A stretch of DNA of 62,998 nucleotides, filler included, from Octopus bimaculoides (GCF_001194135.2; 5 parts of 5 records of this genome joined end to end with filler, not necessarily neighbours in it), one strand, 5' to 3'. Counted from the whole stretch's first letter, positions 23,921-35,197 are shown. Made by a program: numbers and translations. Notes: a model not told the origin generated them from the letters alone.

Positions 23921-24294
23921 TGTGGTAGTAGTAGTTGTAGTAGTACCTGTAGCAGAAGGAACAGCAATGGCGTTGGTGGTGATGGTGGCAGCGACATCTA
24001 TGGGAAGAATTGGCAGCGCTTTCTTTTTTAAGTGTGCCACCGTTAACGACGGCGTCGCCCTTTCTTCATTCTCGCTTAGCTCCGTCGTCATCGTCATCAC
24101 CATCACCCCACCACCACCACCACCATCGCTATCATCATCATCACCATCATCATCAACTGCAGCAGCAGCAGCAGTGGCAACAGCAGCAGCAGCTATATAT
24201 CAGAACTAGAAGTGCTTCTCCTTTCTACCTGTGTCACCAGTAGCAGCAGCAGCACGAGCCTGATGATGATGACGATGATGATTGTGATGGTGAC

Positions 24295-24340
<46 letters not shown>

Positions 24341-25641
24341 GTGATGGTGACGATGGTGATGATGATGATGGTGACGATGATGATGATGAAGATGGTGACG
24401 ATGATGGTGATTATGATGATTGTGATGGTGATGATGATGATGATGATGATGATAATGGTGATGATGATGATGACGATGATGGTGATGATGATGATGGTGA
24501 CGATGATGATGATGATGATGGTGACGATGATGATGATGATGATGATGATGAAGATGACAATACTGCTGCTACTGATGATAATGATGATGATGATGATGAC
24601 GATGATGATGACGGTGACGATGATGCTGATTGTCGTCATCGCTGTTGTTGCTCACGTCATCGTCGTCGTTGTCGTCATCTTATCACCACCACCACCACCA
24701 TCGTAATCATCATCGGCATCAGCATCAGCGTCATCACTGTTGTCGTCATCATCGACACGAATAAGCAGCAGTTCTAACAGAACTCACAGTGTCACAACTA
24801 CCTGTGTCACGAGTAATATCGTCCTCATAACAACCATTGCTGCCGTCGTCATCGTCATCATCGCCGTCATCGTCATCGTCATCATCATCATCATCATCAA
24901 TAGCAGCAGCTCTGCCACCACCACCACTGTCGTCATCATTGTCATCATCATCATCATCATCATCATCGTCATCATCGTCATCATCATCATCATTGTCATC
25001 ATTATCATCATCATCATTGTCATCATTATCATTGTCATCAACGTCAGCACCACTGCCACCACCATCGTCGTCATCACCACCATCACCACCATCGTTATTA
25101 TCATCATCATCACCATTGTTCCTGCCATCATCACCATCACTGTCACCACAACTACCATCACCATCACCATCATCACCATCAACAGCAGCATCATCACCAT
25201 CCTCATCAACTTCACTACCATTATCACCATTGNNNNNNNNNNNNNNNNNNNNNNNNNNNNNNNNNNNNNNNNNNNNNNNNNNNNNNNNNNNNNNNNNNNN
25301 NNNNNNNNNNNNNNNNNNNNNNNNNNNNNNNNNNNNNNNNNNNNNNNNNNNNNNNNNNNNNNNNNNNNNNNNNNNNNNNNNNNNNNNNNNNNNNNNNNNN
25401 NNNNNNNNNNNNNNNNNNNNNNNNNNNNNNNNNNNNNNNNNNNNNNNNNNNNNNNNNNNNNNNNNNNNNNNNNNNNNNNNNNNNNNNNNNNNNNNNNNNN
25501 NNNNNNNNNNNNNNNNNNNNNNNNNNNNNNNNNNNNCACCACTGCTACCTGTCATCACCTCCAACACAAGCCATCCTCTCCACCACCAACACCACCACCA
25601 CCAGCTCCATCACCATCATCACCACAATCACAATTGCCACC

Positions 25642-25696
<55 letters not shown>

Positions 25697-25790
25697 ACAT
25701 CATCATCATCGGCATCACCACTACCGTTGTCATTCCGATCATCCTAAGTAGCAGCAGCAGCGCCACCTTCAGCAACAGCTGTAGTATGTA
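23538..25790. repeat. Composite trinucleotide low-complexity block: (GTA/GTG)n, (CAC/CAG)n, (GAT)n, then (CAT)n
   Basis: Read directly from the sequence; includes an N gap at 25233-25536. Confidence 0.95.
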
Positions 25791-25819
25791 CAGTGTCACC
25801 TGACAGATGCCATACCAGT

Positions 25820-26364
25820 AATACAGTATGTATGTGTGTGTTTATGTGTGTGTGTCTGCGTGTATGTGTGTGTGTATGTGTGTGTCTTTATACCTTATAT
25901 CATTCAGTTGGACACTTATGTGTGCATGTGTGTATTTGTGTGTGCGTGTATGTGTGTGTTTAGCGTGGTTATACAGCAGTGAATTTGAAAGCATATGCTT
26001 GTGTGTTTGTGTGTGTGTGTATGTGTGTGTGTGTGTGATAGTAGGTCTTTTTACACCTGTGTGTGTGTGTATATATGTTTCAATATGTGAGTGTGGATGT
26101 TCGTAAGAGTGTATTTGTGTGTATGTATGTATGGATGGGTTTGTATGTATAGCTGTGTGCATATGTGTGTGTGGGTGTGTGTGTGAGTGTGAATGTATAG
26201 ATGTGTGTGTGTGTGTGTCTGTATGTGTGAAAATATGTGTGTGCGTTTGTGTGTGTGTGCATGTGTGTGAGAGTAAGTCTTTTTATAAGTGTGTGTGCAC
26301 ATGTTCACATATGTGAGTGTGGATGTTCATAAAAGTGTATTTGTGTGTATGTATGGATGTGTAT

Positions 26365-26416
<52 letters not shown>

Positions 26417-26426
26417 NNNNNNNNNN

Positions 26427-26474
<48 letters not shown>

Positions 26475-26740
26475 TTATACTGCAGGGAACTTGCAAGTAT
26501 TATACCTGCATGGCTATGTGTCTACATCTATGTATGAATACAAGTCTGTTCATATGTGTGAATGTGTGTGTGTGTGCATGTGTGTGTGTGTGTGTGTGTG
26601 TGTGTGCTTTTATATTGTATCATACTGCAGTGAAGCTAACAGTAGTATATGCTTGCATTTATGTGTGTATGTATGTGTATGGAGTACCAACGTCAGGATG
26701 TCTATGTGCTCATGCATGTGTGTATGTTTAAGAAAGTGTG
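25820..26740. repeat. Degenerate (TG)n/(TATG)n microsatellite field
   Basis: Read directly from the sequence. Confidence 0.9.
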
Positions 26741-26789
26741 TTAACAAAACGTTGCGTGTTACAATTCTATATTTACAGTTCTATACAGT

Positions 26790-27057
26790 TCTTAACCACT
26801 ACGCCATATGCCTGTGTGCATATGGCGTAGTGGTTAAGAGTGCTGGCTACTAACCCCAAGATTCCAAGTTCAATTCCAAGCAGTGACTTGAATAATAATA
26901 ATAATAATAATAAAATCAAAAAATACCTTAGGAATGAGAACCCAGGTTCGAAATTTCCCCAAGACACCTGATGAAGGCTGGAGGGTATACCAGCTGAAAC
27001 GTTGTGTTAACAACAAACAAGATGAGGACAAATATCCTTCGAATGTAAATAATGTAA
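26790..27057 (+). mobile_element. tRNA-head/hammerhead SINE-like element, copy E (best-preserved ribozyme), with inverted head fragment at its 5' end
   Basis: A box TGGCGTAGTGG and B-box-like AAGTTCAATTCC, then an (AAT)n spacer and conserved linker. These are followed by GACAC-CTGATGA-A-GGCTGG...CCAGCT-GAAACGTT-GTGTT and a conserved 3' body. Homologous to copies at 13640, 16665, 20164 and 20423. Confidence 0.85.
26963..27008 (+). ncRNA. Minimal type I hammerhead ribozyme (copy E)
   Basis: Stem I is GACAC/GTGTT and the core CTGATGA lies at 26968-26974, followed by an extra A. Stem II is GGCTGG/CCAGCT, GAAA lies at 26996-26999, and helix III is the palindrome ACGT. Predicted cleavage is GUU after 27003. 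Confidence 0.75.
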
Positions 27058-28096
27058 AATGTTGTGTGCATATGTATCAGGTATGTGTGCGTGTATGTAT
27101 GTTTGTTTGCATGTGTGTGTGTTTGTGTGGGGGGTGTAAATATGTATAAATATGTGTATTATTGTATGTGTGTTTGTGTGTATAAGAGGTGTTTTGGAGG
27201 TGTGCGAATGTGTATGTATGTGGTGATATTCGTGTATGTTTGTATGTACATGTGTGCAGTAAAGTTGTCCATGCTATAGTGTGTGTGTGTTTTCACAAAG
27301 ACTGTTCATGTTAAAGCATATTCATATATATGTATGAATGTATGTGTACATATATGTATATGTATGTATGTATATATATATATATATATNNNNNNNNNNN
27401 NNNNNNNNNNNNNNNNNNNNNNNNNNNNNNNNNNNNNNNNNNNNNNNNNNNNNNNNNNNNNNNNNNNNNNNNNNNNNNNNNNNNNNNNNNNNNNNNNNNN
27501 NNNNNNNNNNNNNNNNNNNNNNNNNNNNNNNNNNNNNNNNNNNNNNNNNNNNNNNNNNNNNNNNNNNNNNNNNNNNNNNNNNNNNNNNNNNNNNNNNNNN
27601 NNNNNNNNNNNNNNNNNNNNNNNNNNNNNNNNNNNNNNNNNNNNNNNNNNNNNNNNNNNNNNNNNNNNNNNNNNNNNNNNNNNNNNNNNNNNNNNNNNNN
27701 NNNNNNNNNNNNNNNNNNNNNNNNNNNNNNNNNNNNNNNNNNNNNNNNNNNNNNNNNNNNNNNNNNNNNNNNNNNNNNNNNNNNNNNNNNNNNNNNNNNN
27801 NNNNNNNNNNNNNNNNNNNNNNNNNNNNNNNNNNNNNNNNNNNNNNNNNNNNNNNNNNNNNNNNNNNNNNNNNNNNNNNNNNNNNNNNNNNNNNNNNNNN
27901 NNNNNNNNNNNNNNNNNNNNNNNNNNNNNNNNNNNNNNNNNNNNNNNNNNNNNNNNNNNNNNNNNNNNNNNNNNNNNNNNNNNNNNNNNNNNNNNNNNNN
28001 NNNNNNNNNNNNNNNNNNNNNNNNNNNNNNNNNNNNNNNNNNNNNNNNNNNNNNNNNNNNNNNNNNNNNNNNNNNNNNNNNNNNNNNNNNNNNNGA

Positions 28097-28173
28097 ACCA
28101 CTGACTTACAGGGATGTAAACACACCAGCATCAGTTGTCAAGCGATGTTGGGGGACAAACACACAAATACACA

Positions 28174-28212
<39 letters not shown>

Positions 28213-28397
28213 ATATATATATACATATACACATATATACGACAGGCTTCTTTCAATTTCCGTCTACAAAATCCACTCACAAGGCTTTGGTCGGTCTGAG
28301 ACTATAGTCGAAGACACTTGCCCAAGGTGCCATGTGGTGGGACTGAACCTGAAATCATGTGGTTGGTAAGCAAGCTACCTACCACACAACCACTCCT
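28097..28397 (-). mobile_element. SINE family 1, truncated by a gap
   Basis: Reverse complement of the head and body. Confidence 0.85.
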
Positions 28398-28501
28398 ACG
28401 TCAGGAAAAGTGAGATTTTCACTTAAAATGAATGTGTTTGAGTTTATGTGTGCATGTGTATGCACGTGTGTGAAATAGAAAGAGAGAGCGAGAGAGTATG
28501 T

Positions 28502-28553
<52 letters not shown>

Positions 28554-28592
28554 TAGACAGAAAGAGAGAGATAGAGAGAAAGNNNNNNNNNN

Positions 28593-28650
<58 letters not shown>

Positions 28651-28820
28651 CTATTAGGGACATGCATGTACGTGTGTATACATATGCTGTGATTGTTGCT
28701 GTTTTTAACCCCAGGTCAGCAGACTTATGATCAAGGGACACTCTAACTATGGCCATCCTGTGATTTACCTTATATGCAGGTAACCCACAACTGCAGAATC
28801 GAACATGTCCTTTATTAACA

Positions 28821-28882
28821 ATGTGATGCGAGGGAGATTTGGCTGCTGTTTCTAGCAGGTCAAGCAACCACACAGTGGCTCC
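28821..28882 (-). repeat. Short dispersed repeat family 4 (core TAGCAGCCAAATCTCCCTCAAATCAC)
   Basis: Related copies lie at about 9375-9420, 12766-12812, 15800-15830, 17140-17190, 17310-17375, 18650-18700, 37445-37490, 37985-38015 and 40920-40990. Confidence 0.65.
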
Positions 28883-28962
28883 TTTGTCGGCCTGCATATG
28901 CTATATGCGTATTTAAAAGGAGTGGTCACGTGAAGTTGTGCATTCGTGTGTGTGTATACACA

Positions 28963-28993
<31 letters not shown>

Positions 28994-29127
28994 ATTTGTT
29001 CAGATCTCGGCTTATAATAGGAAGCAGCTTGCCAGACCAGTTGTTAATAAATAACAGGTAGATGGAGGTGCATTGCCTCCATATTGCATGTGTGTGTGTA
29101 TGTATGTGCGTGTGTGTGTGTGTGTGG

Positions 29128-29158
<31 letters not shown>

Positions 29159-29381
29159 CTTATGTGTGCATGTATGTATGCGTATAAACAGATACGAATT
29201 TACAACACTTGAATTTAGTTAAATGAGTGAGTGCGTATACGAATATAGAAGCTGAAGATATATATCTGTAGATCCATGTATGTGCGTGCACATAACCATT
29301 CACGAATACAGACAGACTCTTATGATATATTCACATCCACATATGCACAAAGATGCTCCATACATACATACACAAACAGAT

Positions 29382-29434
<53 letters not shown>

Positions 29435-30195
29435 NNNNNNNNNNNNNNNNNNNNNNNNNNNNNNNNNNNNNNNNNNNNNNNNNNNNNNNNNNNNNNNNNN
29501 NNNNNNNNNNNNNNNNNNNNNNNNNNNNNNNNNNNNNNNNNNNNNNNNNNNNNNNNNNNNNNNNNNNNNNNNNNNNNNNNNNNNNNNNNNNNNNNNNNNN
29601 NNNNNNNNNNNNNNNNNNNNNNNNNNNNNNNNNNNNNNNNNNNNNNNNNNNNNNNNNNNNNNNNNNNNNNNNNNNNNNNNNNNNNNNNNNNNNNNNNNNN
29701 NNNNNNNNNNNNNNNNNNNNNNNNNNNNNNNNNNNNNNNNNNNNNNNNNNNNNNNNNNNNNNNNNNNNNNNNNNNNNNNNNNNNNNNNNNNNNNNNNNNN
29801 NNNNNNNNNNNNNNNNNNNNNNNNNNNNNNNNNNNNNNNNNNNNNNNNNNNNNNNNNNNNNNNNNNNNNNNNNNNNNNNNNNNNNNNNNNNNNNNNNNNN
29901 NNNNNNNNNNNNNNNNNNNNNNNNNNNNNNNNNNNNNNNNNNNNNNNNNNNNNNNNNNNNNNNNNNNNNNNNNNNNNNNNNNNNNNNNNNNNNNNNNNNN
30001 NNNNNNNNNNNNNNNNNNNNNNNNNNNNNNNNNNNNNNNNNNGTAGCTGATGAAGTAGAATGTTCTCTATGTGGCTCGTGTGTTCTCGTCTACGTTTGTT
30101 TGCAATGTCCTGTACCCAGATATGCACCTATACATACAGGTGGATGTCGGTATGCACATACCTGTACGTATATATGCATATACTCATTTACTTTT

Positions 30196-30238
<43 letters not shown>

Positions 30239-31743
30239 GATATATATATAGATAGATATAGAACTATGTGGTTGGTAAGCAAGCTACTTACCACACAGCC
30301 ACACCTATGTGTGTATTAATTTCTTTAACATTTATCTGAGTTTCTCCCTTTGCAGAATTCAAATTGGTCCCTAACAAAGCAGCAAGGCTCTTTTGTTTAA
30401 ATCAAGACAACCTCTAAGGACTTGTGGCTACCTGAATTGGCTGGTATCTGCATATATGTGTGTGTTTGTTAAAATATATATATATTAGTGGCAGAAGCAG
30501 TATTAATACCAAGATGTAACATTTATCTTCCCTTAAACATGGATGTTCTATTAGGACAAACTATACTGCAGTAGATACCACGAGAGGAACTCTCATACTG
30601 GCTTTTAGTGCAAAATACACTCTTCCTGCTAGCAATACAAACATGAGTGCATTTTACACCTAAAACCAATTTAAGAATTTCTCTCATGGCAACTAAAACA
30701 GTAGTACTATGAGAGGCATGTGGCTCAGTGGTTAGGGGTATTTAGCTTGCAATCATAAGGTTGTGATTTCTTTTCCTAGTAGCGCGTTGCATCCTTGAGC
30801 AAGGCACTCTATTTCATGCTGCTCCTGTTCACTCATTTGGTAAAAATGAGTAGTGCCTTTTATGTGCCACCGGCACGAAGGCCAGTCAGACAGTACTGGC
30901 AACGGCCACATTCAAATGGTGTATTTTATGTGCCACCTGCACAGGAGCCAGTGCAGTGGAACTGGCAATGACCTCGCTCAAATGTCTTTTCACGTGCCAC
31001 TGGCACAAGTGCCAGTAAGGCAATGCTGTAACGAGTATTGAATGCAAATTATTGTATGTATCAATGAGTTGTATTCTGTCTTGGAGAATCCAAGTGTTCC
31101 AAGATGTTATGCAAATCTGTTTTTATGCCCATTCTTTCTTTTCTTNNNNNNNNNNNNNNNNNNNNNNNNNNNNNNNNNNNNNNNNNNNNNNNNNNNNNNN
31201 NNNNNNNNNNNNNNNNNNNNNNNNNNNNNNNNNNNNNNNNNNNNNNNNNNNNNNNNNNNNNNNNNNNNNNNNNNNNNNNNNNNNNNNNNNNNNNNNNNNN
31301 NNNNNNNNNNNNNNNNNNNNNNNNNNNNNNNNNNNNNNNNNNNNNNNNNNNNNNNNNNNNNNNNNNNNNNNNNNNNNNNNNNNNNNNNNNNNNNNNNNNN
31401 NNNNNNNNNNNNNNNNNNNNNNNNNNNNNNNNNNNNNNNNNNNNNNNNNNNNNNNNNNNNNNNNNNNNNNNNNNNNNNNNNNNNNNNNNNNNNNNNNNNN
31501 NNNNNNNNNNNNNNNNNNNNNNNNNNNNNNNNNNNNNNNNNNNNNNNNNNNNNNNNNNNNNNNNNNNNNNNNNNNNNNNNNNNNNNNNNNNNNNNNNNNN
31601 NNNNNNNNNNNNNNNNNNNNNNNNNNNNNNNNNNNNNNNNNNNNNNNNNNNNNNNNNNNNNNNNNNNNNNNNNNNNNNNNNNNNNNNNNNNNNNNNNNNN
31701 NNNNNNNNNNNNNNNNNNNNNNNNNNNNNNNNNNNNNNNNNNG

Positions 31744-32630
31744 AATTGGTCCTTTTCTATTGACCAATGCTGGCTATTGTTGTCAGAGTTTCTTATGCAT
31801 TTCATCTATTTGCTGACAGTACTTCTCTGCCATAATGGTTTCACCTGGATCCAAAAAGCTGTGATGGATGAGACCGGCTGCAGACCACCAAACAGTCACC
31901 ATGACCTTCTTTTGGTGCAACTTTGACTTCGGGAAGTGCTGTGGAGCTTCGTCAGCATCGAACCACTGAGCTGAGTGTTGCTGGTTGTCGTAAAAAACCC
32001 ACTTTTTATTGCAAGTCACAATCCAGTTGAGAAATGAGTCATTCTTGTTGCATAAAAGAAGGGAAGATGACACTTCAAAACAGCGTTTTTTTTGGTTGTC
32101 ATTCAATTTGTGCTGCACCCATTTCTCAAGTATTTTTGTTTTTCCAGTCTCTTTTAAGTGGTTGGAAATTGTTGTATATGTTACATCTAATTCAGAAACA
32201 AGCTCTCAAGCAGTTGTGTGGGGATTGGCTTCCACTGACAGCACTTCTCTGCCGACAGGCTCTTAGTTGATCATTGTCAACATCTGATGGCCAACCACTA
32301 CACTTATCTTCAAGACTCTCGTCACCGCTACGAAATTTCTTGAACCACCATTGTGCTGTATGTTCCACAAGATGTTTCAGCAGCTTTTCGGCCTAGCTTG
32401 AACTGGAATAAGAAAATTGTGCGAATTTGCTTTTTGTCCATGTTGTATTCAACGTTCCAGAAAAAATGGCCTAATTATTCAAAAAGAAAAAGAGTAGCAC
32501 GATTAGATAGATCGAAAAACAGCCTTTAAAATGATATATAAAGCCAGAGTAATTTAATGAAAATTAATTTGAAAATACATCATTTAAAACCAAAATTTAA
32601 AATTCTGCAAGAACTTTCTTGACAACCTAA
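31744..32630 (-). mobile_element. Mariner (Mos1/Hsmar-like) transposon 5' half, inactive, running into an N gap
   Basis: TA followed by TIR TTAGGTTGTCAAGAAAG at 32630. The HTH fragment reads WWFKKFRSGDESLED, and the catalytic region reads WIVTCNKKWVFYDN...KLHQKKVMVTVWWS...YCQQIDEMH...LVNRKGPI. Confidence 0.92.
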
Positions 32631-32639
32631 TATGTTGCC

Positions 32640-32960
32640 CAAAATGTCGATGAGACTTTCACATATCCAAAGTAGCTGATCCTTTAACAGTGCATGACTT
32701 TCTCTTCTTGATCCATAAACTATATCTGGCCTATTGTGCTTACAATGAGTCACAACTTGCTTTGAAATATTTCACAGGTATTCATCATTTTTAAAGGTGT
32801 GTATACATTTTGGTTCTGCTGCACCTTTGTTATGGCCTTCAACACAATCCTTCCTGCATATACCACTGTAGACAGTTTTAACAATACTATCATGTCTCAT
32901 GTGAAGATAGTATCTTGCAGACACTTCTAAACAGTTGATGATATTGTGGGCAATATCTTA
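32640..32960 (-). mobile_element. R4/Dong-clade LINE fragment (zinc-knuckle/RHD to RLE region)
   Basis: Minus frame reads DIAHNIINCLEVSARYYLHMRHDSIVKTVY...EYL*NISKQVVTHCKHNRPDIV (RHD at 32889-32897, KHNRPDIV at 32718-32741). Confidence 0.8.
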
Positions 32961-33016
32961 TTTATAAGAATGGTAGTCAACATTTTCTACCACAGAAATG
33001 TTGATTATTTATTTTT

Positions 33017-33180
33017 AGGAGTGGCTGTGTGGTAAGTAGCTTCCTTACCAACCACATAGTTCCGGGTTCAGTCCAACTGCGTGGCACCTTGGGCATGTGT
33101 CTTCTACTGTAGCCTCGGGCCAACCAAAGCCTTGTGAGTGGATTTGGTAGACTGAAACTGAAAGAAGCTCATCGTATATA

Positions 33181-33251
<71 letters not shown>

Positions 33252-33467
33252 TGTGTGTGTGTATGTTTCTGTGTCTGTGTTTGTCCCCACCAACATCGCT
33301 TGACAACCGATGCTGGTGTGTTTACGTACCCGTAACTTAGCGGTTCGGCAAATGGGACCAAAAGAATAAGTGCTAGGCTTACAAAGAATAAGTCCTGGGG
33401 TCGATTCGTTTGACTAAAGGCGGTGCTCCAGCATGGCCACAGTCAAACGACTGAAACAAGTAAAAGA
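33017..33467 (+). mobile_element. SINE family 1, full-length, inserted within the R4/Dong remnant
   Basis: Complete head, (TG)n core and 3' end. Confidence 0.9.
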
Positions 33468-33746
33468 AAAAAAGAATTATCAAATAGTTAGTAGACAGTA
33501 CCTCCTGGTGTAACCTTCTAGGAAGATGTAATATATTTACTACAAATCATTAAATAACTACTATGGAGTCCAGTGCACTGATTTACCCAGAATCCACATG
33601 GATCATGGGACCCATTTTGGATCTATATATGTTGTGGATTGTTGTCGATAAATAACTACTATAGGACCCAGTGCATTGACTTGCCCAGGGACCTACAATG
33701 CTACTAAGACAGCTCTGGGAACAGCCGTCCACTCAGAGTACCTGTC

Positions 33747-33865
33747 CAGTTTCTCAACCTTTTTTTTTAACCTACGGACCCCTTTGATTCCTATTTTATT
33801 TGGATGGAGCCTCCTAGGCATTTGATGTTTAAAAAAATTTCTATTACATTGTCATAATTAAATAT
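33747..33865 (-). mobile_element. Partial copy of the same hAT MITE family
   Basis: CAGTTTCTCAACC...GGACCCCTTTGATTCCTATTTT is the reverse complement of the right end of 1144-1412. It is truncated by a SINE. Confidence 0.6.
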
Positions 33866-34099
33866 TCTTTTCTACTCTAGGCACAAGGCCCAAAATTTTT
33901 GGGGAGCGGGCCAGTCGATTACATTGATCCCAGTACACAACTGGTACTCAATTTATTGACCTCGAAAGGATGAAAGGCAAAGCTGACCCCAGCGGAATTT
34001 GAACTCAGAACATAAAGACAGACGAAATACTGCTAAGCATTCACCCGGTGTGCTAACGTTTCTGCCAGCTCTAAATTCTACAGACATATTCTTTTGTCA

Positions 34100-34690
34100 C
34101 TCTAGCTTTATTCACAGCATCAACATATGTAATATTCTCATCAGTTCCTAGATATTTGTAACATTCAACATTGGAGATAGATTATTGGTATCCATATTCC
34201 TTGCCTAGTTGGCAATCTTTCTTCATTTGACAACCAAGTATTAACTCTTATCCTGACCAAACTCCATTTTTATGCCTCACAAGAATGCTGTAGCTGATTC
34301 TATCACTTGGGGGTCATAAATATTACTCAAACACAGCTAAGATCATCAACAAAAATGGTGTGGGCAATATTAATTTTTCTCTCCTCTGCAGATTCTCTCA
34401 TGAAGCCTTTGCATTTCTTTAACAGAATTGGCAAGGGATTCACTGCCAGAATAAGAAGCATCACAGAGAAGCTGTCACCTGGCAATGCTCCTGTTGATTG
34501 TCTAATTCTGTTAGTGATTATAGTAATAGCTTCAGTTTTTATCAATAGATCTGTGGACCATGTTGCGATCAGTTTCTTAAATTTGCCCCTAAATTTAGCT
34601 GTTAATGTCTCTTGTTGGCAGTTCGTGTAGATCTTAAATTATCATAAAGTCGCAGCTGGTTGTCTGTGAATTTATTATTCATTTGGCACT
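34100..34690 (-). mobile_element. R4/Dong-clade LINE reverse transcriptase fragment
   Basis: GALPGDSFSVMLLILAVNPL...HTIFVDDL, then MEFGQDK (34247-34267) and, after a frameshift, YKYLG (34146-34160). Multiple stops are present. Confidence 0.85.
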
Positions 34691-35134
34691 TTGACACTCN
34701 NNNNNNNNNNNNNNNNNNNNNNNNNNNNNNNNNNNNNNNNNNNNNNNNNNNNNNNNNNNNNNNNNNNNNNNNNNNNNNNNNNNNNNNNNNNNNNNNNNNN
34801 NNNNNNNNNNNNNNNNNNNNNNNNNNNNNNNNNNNNNNNNNNNNNNNNNNNNNNNNNNNNNNNNNNNNNNNNNNNNNNNNNNNNNNNNNNNNNNNNNNNN
34901 NNNNNNNNNNNNNNNNNNNNNNNNNNNNNNNNNNNNNNNNNNNNNNNNNNNNNNNNNNNNNNNNNNNNNNNNNNNNNNNNNNNNNNNNNNNNNNNNNNNN
35001 NNNNNNNNNNNNNNNNNNNNNNNNNNNNNNNNNNNNNNNNNNNNNNNNNNNNNNNNNNNNNNNNNNNNNNNNNNNNNNNNNNNNNNNNNNNNNNNNNNNN
35101 NNNNNNNNNNNNNNNNNNNNNNNNNNNNNNNNNN

Positions 35135-35197
<63 letters not shown>

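Noticed and set aside
24193-25799. Long poly-Met, poly-Ile, poly-Asp and poly-His ORFs
   Set aside because: These are open frames produced by (GAT)n/(CAT)n repeats. There is no unique coding sequence, codon structure or credible splice context, so no call of a reflectin-, aspein- or His-rich beak-like protein is supportable.
13640-27057. CRISPR-like interpretation of the recurring conserved units
   Set aside because: The units are kilobases apart, in mixed orientation and not regularly spaced, no cas genes are present, and the context is eukaryotic.
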